Assembly (NCBI GenBank): GCA_943787985.1
Contig: CALSOO010000011.1
Coordinates: forward strand, 34,444 to 98,443
Length of the DNA stretch: 64,000 nucleotides
DNA from: an uncultured Rhodobacteraceae bacterium
GTDB lineage: Bacteria > Pseudomonadota > Alphaproteobacteria > Rhodobacterales > Rhodobacteraceae
Direction of reading: 5' to 3'
Shown here: one piece after another, positions 29,024-37,729 of the stretch
Layout: each line of letters begins with the position of its first letter
Position numbering within the stretch: position 1 is the first letter of the stretch
Position numbers and translations under genes: made by a program
Notes under the pieces: generated by a model
Seen by the model: only the letters and a program-made list of their open reading frames with translations
Told to the model about the DNA's origin: nothing
Databases searched by the model: none

Positions 29024-30061
29024 TTAGATCTTTATCTCCCGCCCGGTTTCGGAAGACAGCGCAACAGCCTCAACAACTTCGAGCGATTTGAGCCCTTCAT
29101 GCCCAGACACCAAAGGCGCTTCGCGGCCCGCGATGATGTCCGCAAAATGTGCCATCTGCACGGCAAGAGGGTCGTCCATAAGACAAGTTAGATTGCGTGC
29201 CGAAATCGGCGTCCACCAATCTGGCTCAGCGTCATATTGCCAAACTCGCAAGTCTGGCAAAGACATGCCGCCCCGCGATCCGCCAATCAAATAACAGCTT
29301 TCGGACGTCGCGGGATACGCGGGATTCTCCCTTGCGGTCAGCTCCCAACTCCAAGGTGCGACGATGCTATCTGAGACCGAAATCGTTGCAATCGCCCCAG
29401 ACTTGAAACGCAGAGCCGCTGTCGCCAAATCCTCATTTTCGAACCCGCGATGCGATGGTACCGAAATGGCCTGAACGGTATCTACATCCCCGCAGAAATG
29501 CCTTAGCAAGTCGACATCGTGAACAAGGTTGACCGAGATCGGACCCGCCCCTTTCTTGGTGCGCCAGGGTGCTACTTCGTAATAGTGGTCGGGCTTGTAG
29601 AACCAGCAGGTTGCCTGAACTGCGCGGATGTCACCGATGTCGCCTTGCGCAAGCGCTGCTTTTGCCGCCTTGACCATCCCATTGTGCCGGCGATGGTGAC
29701 CTACAAGCAATGGAACACCCGCTGCATCAGCGGCATCGGTCAGTTTGCGTGCATCCGCAGACGTCACAGTGATTGGCTTTTCAATCAACACAGGGCACCC
29801 TGCTTTTACGCAAGCGAGCCCCTGCTCAAGGTGCAAAGGCGTTGGGGTCGCAAGTACGACGCCATCGGGATGAACAGTTGCCAACATGTCGTCCAGCGTT
29901 TTGAAAGCTGGATGACCCTGATCTTGCGCGGTAATGAACCCTTCCTGAGATGACTCAACGATTGCGGCAAGTGACAAATAGGGTGCACGCCGGATCACCT
30001 CGGCGTGTCGACGCCCGATCAGGCCAAAGCCTACAACTGCTATTCTGGTCGGATCTGACAT
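29024..30061 (-). CDS. Gfo/Idh/MocA family oxidoreductase
   Basis: Start ATG 30061. Rossmann N-terminus RIAVVGFGLIGRRHAE and the EKP motif (VLIEKPIT). Confidence 0.85.
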   Translation of the reverse strand: MSDPTRIAVVGFGLIGRRHAEVIRRAPYLSLAAIVESSQEGFITAQDQGHPAFKTLDDMLATVHPDGVVLATPTPLHLEQGLACVKAGCPVLIEKPITVTSADARKLTDAADAAGVPLLVGHHRRHNGMVKAAKAALAQGDIGDIRAVQATCWFYKPDHYYEVAPWRTKKGAGPISVNLVHDVDLLRHFCGDVDTVQAISVPSHRGFENEDLATAALRFKSGAIATISVSDSIVAPWSWELTARENPAYPATSESCYLIGGSRGGMSLPDLRVWQYDAEPDWWTPISARNLTCLMDDPLAVQMAHFADIIAGREAPLVSGHEGLKSLEVVEAVALSSETGREIKI

Positions 30062-30232
30062 GTCTTGGATTTCCTGAGTCGATGGTAGCTTGTCCAGGTA
30101 ACCTACCGATGTCAGGCAAAGATGCAATAACGTCTGATGTTTTCAGCTATACCATATAAAAGAAATAATTGATGTTCCTTGCTGCAATGCCTAGTTTATC
30201 GGAAAAATCCTAAGTTATCGGATGAAAGACTT

Positions 30233-30886
30233 ATGACAAAATCCCGCAATGTTGTTGGCGCCTCTACCTATCAGCGCATCAAGCGAGACATCATATATGG
30301 CGACCTTGCTCCGGGCTCTAAGCTGAAACTTGATGGTTTGCGAGATCGCTATCAGGTCAGCATGTCGACGCTGCGCGAGACCCTAAACCGGTTGGCCAGC
30401 GAAGGATTTGTGGACGCCTTGGACCAACGCGGGTTCTTTGTAACTCCGGTATCGCGCGAAGATCTCATCGAAATCGCCAATTTGCGCGTTCTGCTGGAAT
30501 GCCACGCGCTGCGACTATCGATCCAGAACGGTGACACCGATTGGGAAGGCAACCTCGTTGCCGCGCATCACAAGTTACACCTGATGGAACAAGGCATGTT
30601 GAAATGCGACGAAAGCAAGATCGAAGACTGGAAGCGTTATGATTGGGAGTTTCATCAGGCGCTGATCGAAGCATGCGGATCTCAGAATCTCTTGTCGCTG
30701 CACGCTGTCCTTTTCGATAAGTATCTTCGGTACCAGATGTTGGTTCTGACACACCGTGGCGAAGAGGCTGTTGAGGAGCATCGGAAAGTTTTTGAGGCAG
30801 CACTCGCCCGGGACATTGATACGGCCGCGGATACGTTAAGGATCCACATCGAGAAAGGGCTAGAGCATTCGCTTGCGGCCTTTTGA
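30233..30886 (+). CDS. GntR-family transcriptional regulator (FadR/FCD subfamily)
   Basis: Start ATG 30233. N-terminal wHTH (YQRIKRDIIYGDLAPGSKLKLDGLRDRYQVSMSTLRETLNRL) plus a helical FCD domain. Divergent from the oxidoreductase/TRAP operon. Confidence 0.9.
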   Translation: MTKSRNVVGASTYQRIKRDIIYGDLAPGSKLKLDGLRDRYQVSMSTLRETLNRLASEGFVDALDQRGFFVTPVSREDLIEIANLRVLLECHALRLSIQNGDTDWEGNLVAAHHKLHLMEQGMLKCDESKIEDWKRYDWEFHQALIEACGSQNLLSLHAVLFDKYLRYQMLVLTHRGEEAVEEHRKVFEAALARDIDTAADTLRIHIEKGLEHSLAAF

Positions 30887-30900
30887 TGTGTATTAGTCTC

Positions 30901-32106
30901 GATGTGATCTGACACCGCCCCCAATTTTTCAAATTGGATTGGGGGCGGTGGTTCCCTTGAAGGGAGATGGTTGTCGGTTTTGATGGTGGTGCGAACCGAA
31001 CCATCAAACAAGGAAACTACAATGTTGAATTCTACTGACAAGATCATCAAATACAAAACCGGTTTGCTGAACCTGGCCGAGGAACTGGGTAACGTATCGA
31101 AGGCGTGTCAAGTGATGGGTATGTCGCGTGACACCTTCTACCGCTACAAATCTGCGGTCGACGAAGGCGGCGTGGAAGCGCTGTTCGAGCGCACCTGACG
31201 CAAGCCCAATTTGGCGAACCGGGTGGATCAGGCGACCGAGGACGCCGTCATCAAATGCGCCACGGATTTCCCGGCCTACGGCCAGGCCCGCACCTCCAAC
31301 GAGTTGCGTAAACTGAGCGTCTTTGTCTCGCCATCAGGCGTCCGGTCGATCTGGCTGCGGCACGATCTGGCCAACTTCAAAAAGCGGCTCAAGGCGTTGG
31401 AAGCCAAGGTTGCCGAGGACGGCACAATCTTGACCGAGGCCCAGGTTCAAGCGCTTGAAAAGAAGAAGCTGGACGATGAGGCTTGCGGCGAGATTGAGAC
31501 TGCTCATCCGGGCTATCTGGGTAGCTAGGACACGTTCTATGTCGGCACCCTCAAGGGCGTGGGCCGCGTTTACCAGAAGACCTATGCGGACACCTATTGC
31601 AAGGTGGCCCATGCCAAACTCAACACCACAAAGACGCCGATCACGGCGGCCGACCTGCTCAACGACCGGGTGCTGCCATTCCAAGAAGAATACGACCTGC
31701 CGGTGCTGCGGATCATGACCGACAGGGGCACGGAATACTGCGGACGTGTCGACAAACACGATTTCCAGCTCTTCTTGGCGATCAACGATATTGATCACAC
31801 GAAAACCAAGGTGAAGTCGCCCCAGACCAACGGCATCTGCGAGCGGTTCCACAAGACGATCCTGCAGGAGTTCTATCAGTCGCGTTCCGCAAGAAGCTAT
31901 ATGACAGCATCGACGCGCTGCAGGCCGATCTGGATGGGTGGCTGCATCACTACAACTACGAGCGCACGCATCAGGGCAAAATGTGTTGCGGCAGAACACC
32001 CATCGAAACTATGATCGACGAGAAAGAAATCTGGCAGGAAAAGTTCGTGAACTGAACTTGACCTGACAGACGCCGCCAGAAAAACGGCCAACTGTCAGAT
32101 CACATC
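30901..32106 (+). mobile_element. IS481-family insertion sequence, decayed
   Basis: Perfect 14-bp terminal inverted repeats, GATGTGATCTGACA (30901-30914) and TGTCAGATCACATC (32093-32106), flank a disrupted transposase gene. The true ends may extend ~10 bp outward. Confidence 0.8.
31022..32055 (+). pseudogene. IS481-family transposase pseudogene (2 in-frame stops + 1 frameshift)
   Basis: Three ORF pieces (31022-31198, 31211-31528, 31559-) lie in one frame, interrupted by TGA 31196 and TAG 31526. A 1-nt frameshift near 31879 is needed to reach the conserved tail ...YNYERTHQGKMCCGRTPIETM. Confidence 0.85.
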
Positions 32107-32116
32107 TGAACCACTA
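32103..32116. repeat. 14-nt CATCTGAACCACTA, inverted partner at 34455-34468
   Basis: Read directly. Overlaps the last 4 nt of the IS481 right IR plus 10 nt of flank. Confidence 0.9.
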
Positions 32117-32173
32117 AAATTCAATGATGGACAGCCGCTTCAACTCCGATAATTGCTTTCCTGCATCGTGAGC

Positions 32174-34378
32174 CTAGGCTGCTGCATCAATAACTTCAAC
32201 ATGATCTGACAGTTGGTTGATTTCAGAATCAATTTTTGCTAGAGTTTCGCGGACCTTTCGAATTGCATTCGTTCCAGCATCAACAGTAGCGGCATTTTTT
32301 GATATGATTTCATTAATATCCGCAGAAGATTTTCCAACACGGACGGATAGCTCTTGGACCTGATCGGCAACAGCGCCGAACGCTCTCCCATGCTGGCCCG
32401 CTCTTGAAGCTTCTATCGTTGCATTGAGCGCAAGAATGTTTATCTTCGCCGCAATATCTTCAATCATTTTGACAATGTTTAGCGCTTCGTTAGAGGTATT
32501 TTGAATATCACTCAACGCGTCATCGGCATCTTCAGCGGTCATTCGACTTTCATTTGTCATCCGTTTCATCGACAATGTTGATTTTGCTTGCGTTTCGCTA
32601 AAGTTGTCCACGCTTCGATTGAAGTCATGCGACATACCCGCAAATTTCCCTAAATCGGAGGTTTCCATCCGATACCGCAGATCGCCAGACGCCAAACGTT
32701 TTAGAGCGTTTTCCATGTCATCCGTAACACTATCCACCACATCGAATAGCCGGTTTACACCTTCGCACGCTGTCGACAACATTCGGCTTGCCCCTTTCGG
32801 AGCATTTATACGATCGTGAAAAATACCTTTTACAGCATTTTCGATCATGGAATTGATTTGTTCGACAAGAAGTTCATCGACAAACTTTCGCTCTTCCAGC
32901 TCAGCCATTTTACGCTGGCTTTCCCTTTGGTTTTTTTGGTCTTCTGCAGCCATGCGTAGGGTCAGTTGATTGAATAACATAGACAATTCTCCAGACTCAT
33001 CCCCCTGCTCCACTTTTATCAACTCACCTGGCTTGGCATCATTCTCCAACATGCGGACAAGCATTTGCTGCAAGTGACCAGTGCCAAGCGTTTGACCGTG
33101 CTCCGCCGTATTCAAACCATCAAACTCGTCTTTTTCAGCCACTCTGAGCGGAACGAATTTATTTATAATTTTCAGACCTATGAATGACACGCCAAAACTC
33201 CAGGCAAAGACCAACAAAACGCCGCCGGTCTGTACCGCAATTTGCATTGCGCGTGAGGTCGCCAATAGTGAATCCGCCGGCGCCAAAATACCAACAAGAA
33301 TTGTCCCTAGGGCACCTGAAAAACCATGCACACCGATTGCTCCGACCACATCGTCAACTTTCCAAGCATGTAATAATAGGTAGTTGAAATATTGTGTGGC
33401 CATTCCACCGATGAAGCCAACTAAAGCTGCCGCTTGAATTCCGAACACGTCTGGACCAGCAGTCACACAAACCAGCCCCCCAAGTAGCCCGTTGATTACT
33501 CTATCAACTTTTAACTTTCGCCCATCAACAACGACGCTGTACAGCAATCCTCCAATACCACCAAAAACCGCTGCAAAAACAGTATTTGTGATGATTGTTG
33601 GCACCACATCACTGAGAGCAAGTGCCGAACCCCCATTGAAGCCCAGCCAACCTACCAATAAAATTAAAGCGCCAGCAGCTGAAATGACCGGATTGTGCCC
33701 GGAAATGTCAAGCACCTCACCATTTTTACCATAGCGCCCGATCCGAGGGCCAATGACCATAGCCGCGGCGAGGGCAACCCAAGCTCCCACTCCGTGAACA
33801 ACAGTTGATCCGGCAAAGTCCATAAATCCTAAATTACCCAAAATGGGTGCGTTTTCCGTTTGAAGCGCCGCTCCCCAAGCCCAATGGCCAACGACCGGAT
33901 ATATCAAGGTGCCAATAAAAACAGCTGCCAGCGTATATCCCCAAAAAGAACATCTTTCGGCAATGACCCCTGAGACAATTGTAGCCGCTGTACCGCAGAA
34001 CATTGCTTGAAATGTAAAGAATAACAGGGTGTTACCATCCATCTCATCCGGAAGAATGTATGCACCGCTGGCGCCAAACCATCCACCGACGGAGACGCCA
34101 AACATCAAACTAAACCCTATAAACCAATAGCCCGCAAGTGAAACAACAAAATCAGTTAGATTTTTTTGGGCAACGTTAATCGTGGTTTTTGATCTAACAA
34201 ATCCACATTCCAAAAGCAGGAATCCGATTTGCATGAAGGCAACAAGAGCTATGGCAACCAAAATCCACGAATGGTCAATTCGATTGGCATTGGATGCGAC
34301 AGTATCTGCCATTAGAGCTGAAGAAGTTAAGACATAAACAGCGCACACAGTTGCGCCACGGGTCAAGGCTTTCGTCAT
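32174..34378 (-). CDS. ammonium transporter (Amt) domain fused to methyl-accepting chemotaxis signalling domain
   Basis: Start ATG 34378 (the ORF start at 34426 is TTG). The N-terminal ~440 aa are an Amt channel with twin-His motifs (FAGSTVVHGVGAW, GAIGVHGFSGALG). The C-terminal ~290 aa hold a HAMP-like linker and the MCP hairpin tip IAAKINILALNATIEASRAGQHGRAFGAVADQVQELS. Confidence 0.85.
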   Translation of the reverse strand: MTKALTRGATVCAVYVLTSSALMADTVASNANRIDHSWILVAIALVAFMQIGFLLLECGFVRSKTTINVAQKNLTDFVVSLAGYWFIGFSLMFGVSVGGWFGASGAYILPDEMDGNTLLFFTFQAMFCGTAATIVSGVIAERCSFWGYTLAAVFIGTLIYPVVGHWAWGAALQTENAPILGNLGFMDFAGSTVVHGVGAWVALAAAMVIGPRIGRYGKNGEVLDISGHNPVISAAGALILLVGWLGFNGGSALALSDVVPTIITNTVFAAVFGGIGGLLYSVVVDGRKLKVDRVINGLLGGLVCVTAGPDVFGIQAAALVGFIGGMATQYFNYLLLHAWKVDDVVGAIGVHGFSGALGTILVGILAPADSLLATSRAMQIAVQTGGVLLVFAWSFGVSFIGLKIINKFVPLRVAEKDEFDGLNTAEHGQTLGTGHLQQMLVRMLENDAKPGELIKVEQGDESGELSMLFNQLTLRMAAEDQKNQRESQRKMAELEERKFVDELLVEQINSMIENAVKGIFHDRINAPKGASRMLSTACEGVNRLFDVVDSVTDDMENALKRLASGDLRYRMETSDLGKFAGMSHDFNRSVDNFSETQAKSTLSMKRMTNESRMTAEDADDALSDIQNTSNEALNIVKMIEDIAAKINILALNATIEASRAGQHGRAFGAVADQVQELSVRVGKSSADINEIISKNAATVDAGTNAIRKVRETLAKIDSEINQLSDHVEVIDAAA

Positions 34379-34454
34379 ATCACACTCATATATAATCTTT
34401 GCAACGACAACATTTATTAGGCACAAAAGTTTATAAAGAATTAAATTATCAAGA

Positions 34455-34468
34455 GTAGTGGTTCAGAT
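34455..34468. repeat. 14-nt TAGTGGTTCAGATG, inverted partner of 32103-32116
   Basis: Read directly. Abuts the left end of the IS1380-family element, which begins at 34469. Confidence 0.9.
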
Positions 34469-36140
34469 GAAACCCGCATTCCCCAAGTAGCCCGATGTTT
34501 TCGCGCCTCTGGAAGCCACTAATGTGTTATGTTTCAGCATGTTAATAGGGTTGAAGGTGGCCGATCATGGATCACCCAAAGGGTGCAGGCGAAACCGGAA
34601 ATGTTCGGCTTGGATTTGACCGTCGCGTGCGGCTGGAATTTCATGGATCAAAGATCAGTTCGGACGGTGGTCTGCTGTTGTTTCGGGAACTGGACGAGGT
34701 GCTTGGCCTGCACGACATTGCGGGCGGCGTTCTGAGTGACACCCGCACTGGTCACAATCGTCTGCACTCACTGGTCGGCCTGTTGCGACAGTCGGTCTTT
34801 GGTCGGCTGGCCGGGTACGATGATGTGAATGATGCGGATCGTCTGGCGCTCGATCCAGTGATGCGGCAGGTGGTCGGAGGACGGGCCGTTGATGCCAAGG
34901 CCGCGTCAGCAAGCCAGATGGGACGGTTCGAAACAGAGGTGCTGACGGCGGCTGGTAACCGCACTGCGCTGACTGATCTGCCGGGGCAATGGATCGACCG
35001 TGTTCACGAACGCAAACCGCCCAAGTGGATCACGCTGGATATGGATAGCTCGGTCAGTCCAACCCACGGAGCGCAGGAGGGCACGGCCTGGAACGGGCAT
35101 TTCGGTTGCATGTGTTATCACCCGCTGTTCGTTTTCAACCAGTTCGGTCATCTCGAACGCTGCGCTCTGCGCCCCGGTAATGTGCACAGCGCGTATGGAT
35201 GGGAGGAGGTTCTGAAGCCGATCATAGCGCGATATGCGGACCGTCACCTGATGCGGTTCTTCCGGGGCGATGCTGCCTTCGCCATGCCAAAGCTATACAA
35301 AACTCTGGAAGCGGAGAGATATTACTACGCCATTCGCCTCCGCACCAATCGTGTTCTTCAGGGCAGGATTGCGCATCTGCTCAAGCGCCCGATGGGTCGT
35401 CCGCCAAAAGGCGTGAAGCGTATCTACGGTGACTTTGAGTATCAGGCGGTGTCCTGGGACAAGCCTCGCCGCGTTATCGCCAAGGTCGAGTGGCATCCCG
35501 GCGAGTTGTTCCCGCGTGTCGGCTTTGTCGTCACCAACCTGCCAATGGAGCCAGACTGGATCATCCGCTTCTACAATCAACGCGGCACCGCCGAGCAGTA
35601 CATCAAGGAAGGCAAGCAAGCTATCAACTGGACACGGTTGTCTTGCAAGGGCATGGCGCAAAACGAGGTCCGCCTTCAGCTTCACGCACTGGCCTACAAT
35701 CTGGGTGTCTTCCTGCAAGGCACGGACCTTCCCAAAGAGATGGCCGACTGGTCTCTAACCAGCTTGCAAACCCGGCTGATCAAGATTGGTGCGCGCGTCG
35801 TCCGACATGCCCGTGCCATTACCTTCCAGCTTGCTGAAGTTGCCGTCAGCGGAGATTTATTCAATCGCATCTTGGCAGCCATCCAGCGGCTGCGCGCACC
35901 GCCGGTTCCCGCATGACCGCCTTAGCGATGAAATCTAAAGGAACGTGGCTCAATTGGTCCGTCTGGGCCGGTGATGTTCAGCCAAAAAGCCGGGTCAAAC
36001 CTGCTGCCGAACCCAAAATAGCGATCAGGCCGCACGACAGATCACCGAGTACCAGGCACAGCTTGTCCAAGAGTCTTGATCGGCACGCAAAACCGGTACA
36101 AACTGGAAAGAACGGCATTCTACTTGGGGAATGTCGGTTT
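34469..36140 (+). mobile_element. IS1380-family insertion sequence (apparently intact)
   Basis: 21-bp terminal inverted repeats matching at 19/21: AAACCCGCATTCCCCAAGTAG (34469-34489) and CTACTTGGGGAATGTCGGTTT (36120-36140). Single 449-aa transposase ORF. No flanking target duplication seen. Confidence 0.85.
34567..35916 (+). CDS. IS1380-family DDE transposase
   Basis: 449 aa. N-terminus ...FHGSKISSDGGLLLFRELDEVLGL... and a DDE core (ITLDMDSS..., FFRGDAAF..., RGTAEQYIKEGK) are typical of IS1380-type transposases. Confidence 0.85.
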   Translation: MDHPKGAGETGNVRLGFDRRVRLEFHGSKISSDGGLLLFRELDEVLGLHDIAGGVLSDTRTGHNRLHSLVGLLRQSVFGRLAGYDDVNDADRLALDPVMRQVVGGRAVDAKAASASQMGRFETEVLTAAGNRTALTDLPGQWIDRVHERKPPKWITLDMDSSVSPTHGAQEGTAWNGHFGCMCYHPLFVFNQFGHLERCALRPGNVHSAYGWEEVLKPIIARYADRHLMRFFRGDAAFAMPKLYKTLEAERYYYAIRLRTNRVLQGRIAHLLKRPMGRPPKGVKRIYGDFEYQAVSWDKPRRVIAKVEWHPGELFPRVGFVVTNLPMEPDWIIRFYNQRGTAEQYIKEGKQAINWTRLSCKGMAQNEVRLQLHALAYNLGVFLQGTDLPKEMADWSLTSLQTRLIKIGARVVRHARAITFQLAEVAVSGDLFNRILAAIQRLRAPPVPA

Positions 36141-36159
36141 AAGTAGGAAGGCCTAGCCT

Positions 36160-36411
36160 TTGGAAAATATAAGATCGTTAGTCTCGTGGTCGCTAAGGGT
36201 AGCCATTTTTATAACCGGCCTTTTCGCCGCAATATTGTATACCCTTGTGTCACTTAATATAGGAGATAAGCTTATACTCAGAATGACTAATCTAGTGAAC
36301 GTAACTGAATACGATCGTGACTTGATTGTGTTACAAAGCGTCCTGGTTGCATTTTGCACCACATTTGCGCTTTCTGTTTTTTGGCTAATTTTAATTAGGA
36401 AAAAAGGGTAA
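36160..36411 (+). CDS. hypothetical small membrane protein (2 TM)
   Basis: 83-aa ORF in an AT-rich segment with two hydrophobic helices (VAIFITGLFAAILYTLVSL; LVAFCTTFALSVFWLILI). Followed 3 nt later by the next ORF. No homology recognised. Confidence 0.35.
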   Translation: MENIRSLVSWSLRVAIFITGLFAAILYTLVSLNIGDKLILRMTNLVNVTEYDRDLIVLQSVLVAFCTTFALSVFWLILIRKKG

Positions 36412-36414
36412 CCC

Positions 36415-36711
36415 ATGGAGCTTAATATATCTAACCCCACAGGGGGGCTTCATCGCTCTGATGATAGCGACGTTATGGACCAAATGAGTAGAGCAATTGA
36501 TTTTGGCATATCAAATGATGAGATGGGGCAGAGGGGTGAGGCATATCATGGGGGCGCCATAGGGTTGATGGCTGCGGCTGCGGCCGGCATTTCTGTGTTA
36601 GCCGCAGGAGCCATGGGTGTTATTGGGGCTATTTTTGGAGTCACTGACGTAACCCATAACACAGTAACGCAAAATGCTCCTAGTGGATGGGTGTCCGATC
36701 TTCATGACTTG
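36415..36711 (+). pseudogene. hypothetical glycine-zipper protein, 3'-truncated by IS fragment
   Basis: The ORF begins at ATG 36415 and contains GAIGLMAAAAAGISVLAAGAMGVIGAIFG. From ~36711 the same ORF just reads the antisense of the truncated IS3-family orfB, so the native 3' end is lost. Confidence 0.3.
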
Positions 36712-37215
36712 CAAGTAGCGGCTGTAGTCATCCAAGATCGTGCTGAGATAATACCAACCCCAGCCGATGATCTTGAAGTAGGTGAAGTCCGTTTGCCACA
36801 TCTCGTTGATTGCCGTGGTTTTGTCTTTGAACTCATCGGCCGCTTTGATCACTACGTAATCCGGCGCAGTGATCAGGTCAGCTGCTTTGAGAATGCGATA
36901 AGCTGATGATCCAGAGATAAAATACCGTTTCTCATCAGTGTATTTGACGGCCAACTCCCGCGTACTCAGCGCTTCATGCTCCAGAGCAAACTCAATGAGT
37001 TCATTGCGGCGGGCATCCGGAATGCGGTTCCAGACTGACCCAGGGCGTGGCGAATGATCCGCCAATGCGTCCAGGCCACCGTCGACATAAAGATCGTACC
37101 ACCGGTAAAACGTGCTACGCGGAATGCATAGCATATCGAGGGCTTGTTTGACTGGCAGGTGCGAGCTCTCAACTGTGCGGATGATCTCAAGCTTTTCAGA
37201 CGCGGGATACCTCAT
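36711..37215 (-). pseudogene. IS3-family transposase OrfB (HTH + rve), 3'-truncated
   Basis: MRYPASEKLEIIRTVESSHLPVKQALDMLCIPRSTFYRWYDLY...WQTDFTYFKIIGWGWYYLSTILDDYSRY matches IS3-family OrfB up to the first DDE Asp region. Homology then stops at ~36711. Confidence 0.7.
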
Positions 37216-37390
37216 TCCCCGTACTCCCCACTTCCTGTCATGCTTTTTTTGAGCAAACGATTTTCAAGGGTCAGATCCGCTACGCATTCCTTCAGCGACA
37301 AAGACTCTGAGCGCAACTCCTTCACTTCTGGTAACGTCGCCTGGCGCGCAGTATCTCCAGACAAACGCCGCTTACCTGCTTCAAGGAATT
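37212..37390 (-). pseudogene. IS3-family OrfA 3' remnant (leucine-zipper end), cut by IS3 insertion/junction at 37391
   Basis: The last ~58 codons of ORF 37212-37877 read ...ATLPEVKELRSESLSLKECVADLTLENRLLKKSMTGSGEYGE. The stop overlaps the orfB ATG (ATGA). Everything upstream of 37391 is antisense of the nested IS. Confidence 0.55.
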
Positions 37391-37453
37391 TGGTCTTATC
37401 GCGGTTTAGTTCCGGTCTCTTTCGAGCAATGTTTGCTATGAAGGAGATAGAGA

Positions 37454-37729
37454 ATGGCAAAGAGATACACAGACGAGTTTCGGCGTGATGCGGTGCGCAT
37501 GGCGACGACCAGTGGCCTAACGCGGCCTCAACTTTCATCGGATTTAGGGGTTGGGCTTTCGACGCTGAACAAATGGGTTCAGCAACATCAACATGACGAT
37601 CTGATGTCAGGACCGCATGAAGACGTTGAAAAGGAAAACACGCGACTTCGCAAAGAAGTCCGTCTGCTGCGCGAGGAGAGGGAAGTGCTAAAAAAGGCGG
37701 CGATCTTCTTTGCAGGCCAAAGCCGGTGA
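37454..37729 (+). CDS. IS3-family transposase OrfA
   Basis: AAGGAG SD, HTH (SGLTRPQLSSDLGVGLSTLNKWV) and a leucine-zipper region. Confidence 0.9.
   Translation: MAKRYTDEFRRDAVRMATTSGLTRPQLSSDLGVGLSTLNKWVQQHQHDDLMSGPHEDVEKENTRLRKEVRLLREEREVLKKAAIFFAGQSR
37690..37696 (+). other. programmed -1 ribosomal frameshift heptamer A_AAA_AAG
   Basis: In the orfA frame the codons are cta AAA AAG gcg. A -1 slip enters the orfB frame, which is open from here. Confidence 0.8.

Noticed and set aside
31196-31198. In-frame TGA in the IS481 transposase as selenocysteine or programmed read-through
   Set aside because: The gene also has an in-frame TAG and a frameshift, and no SECIS-like hairpin follows, so plain decay is the simpler explanation.
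36712-36906. Second half of ORF 36415-36906
   Set aside because: From ~36711 it is simply the antisense reading of the truncated IS3-family orfB and is not part of the native gene.
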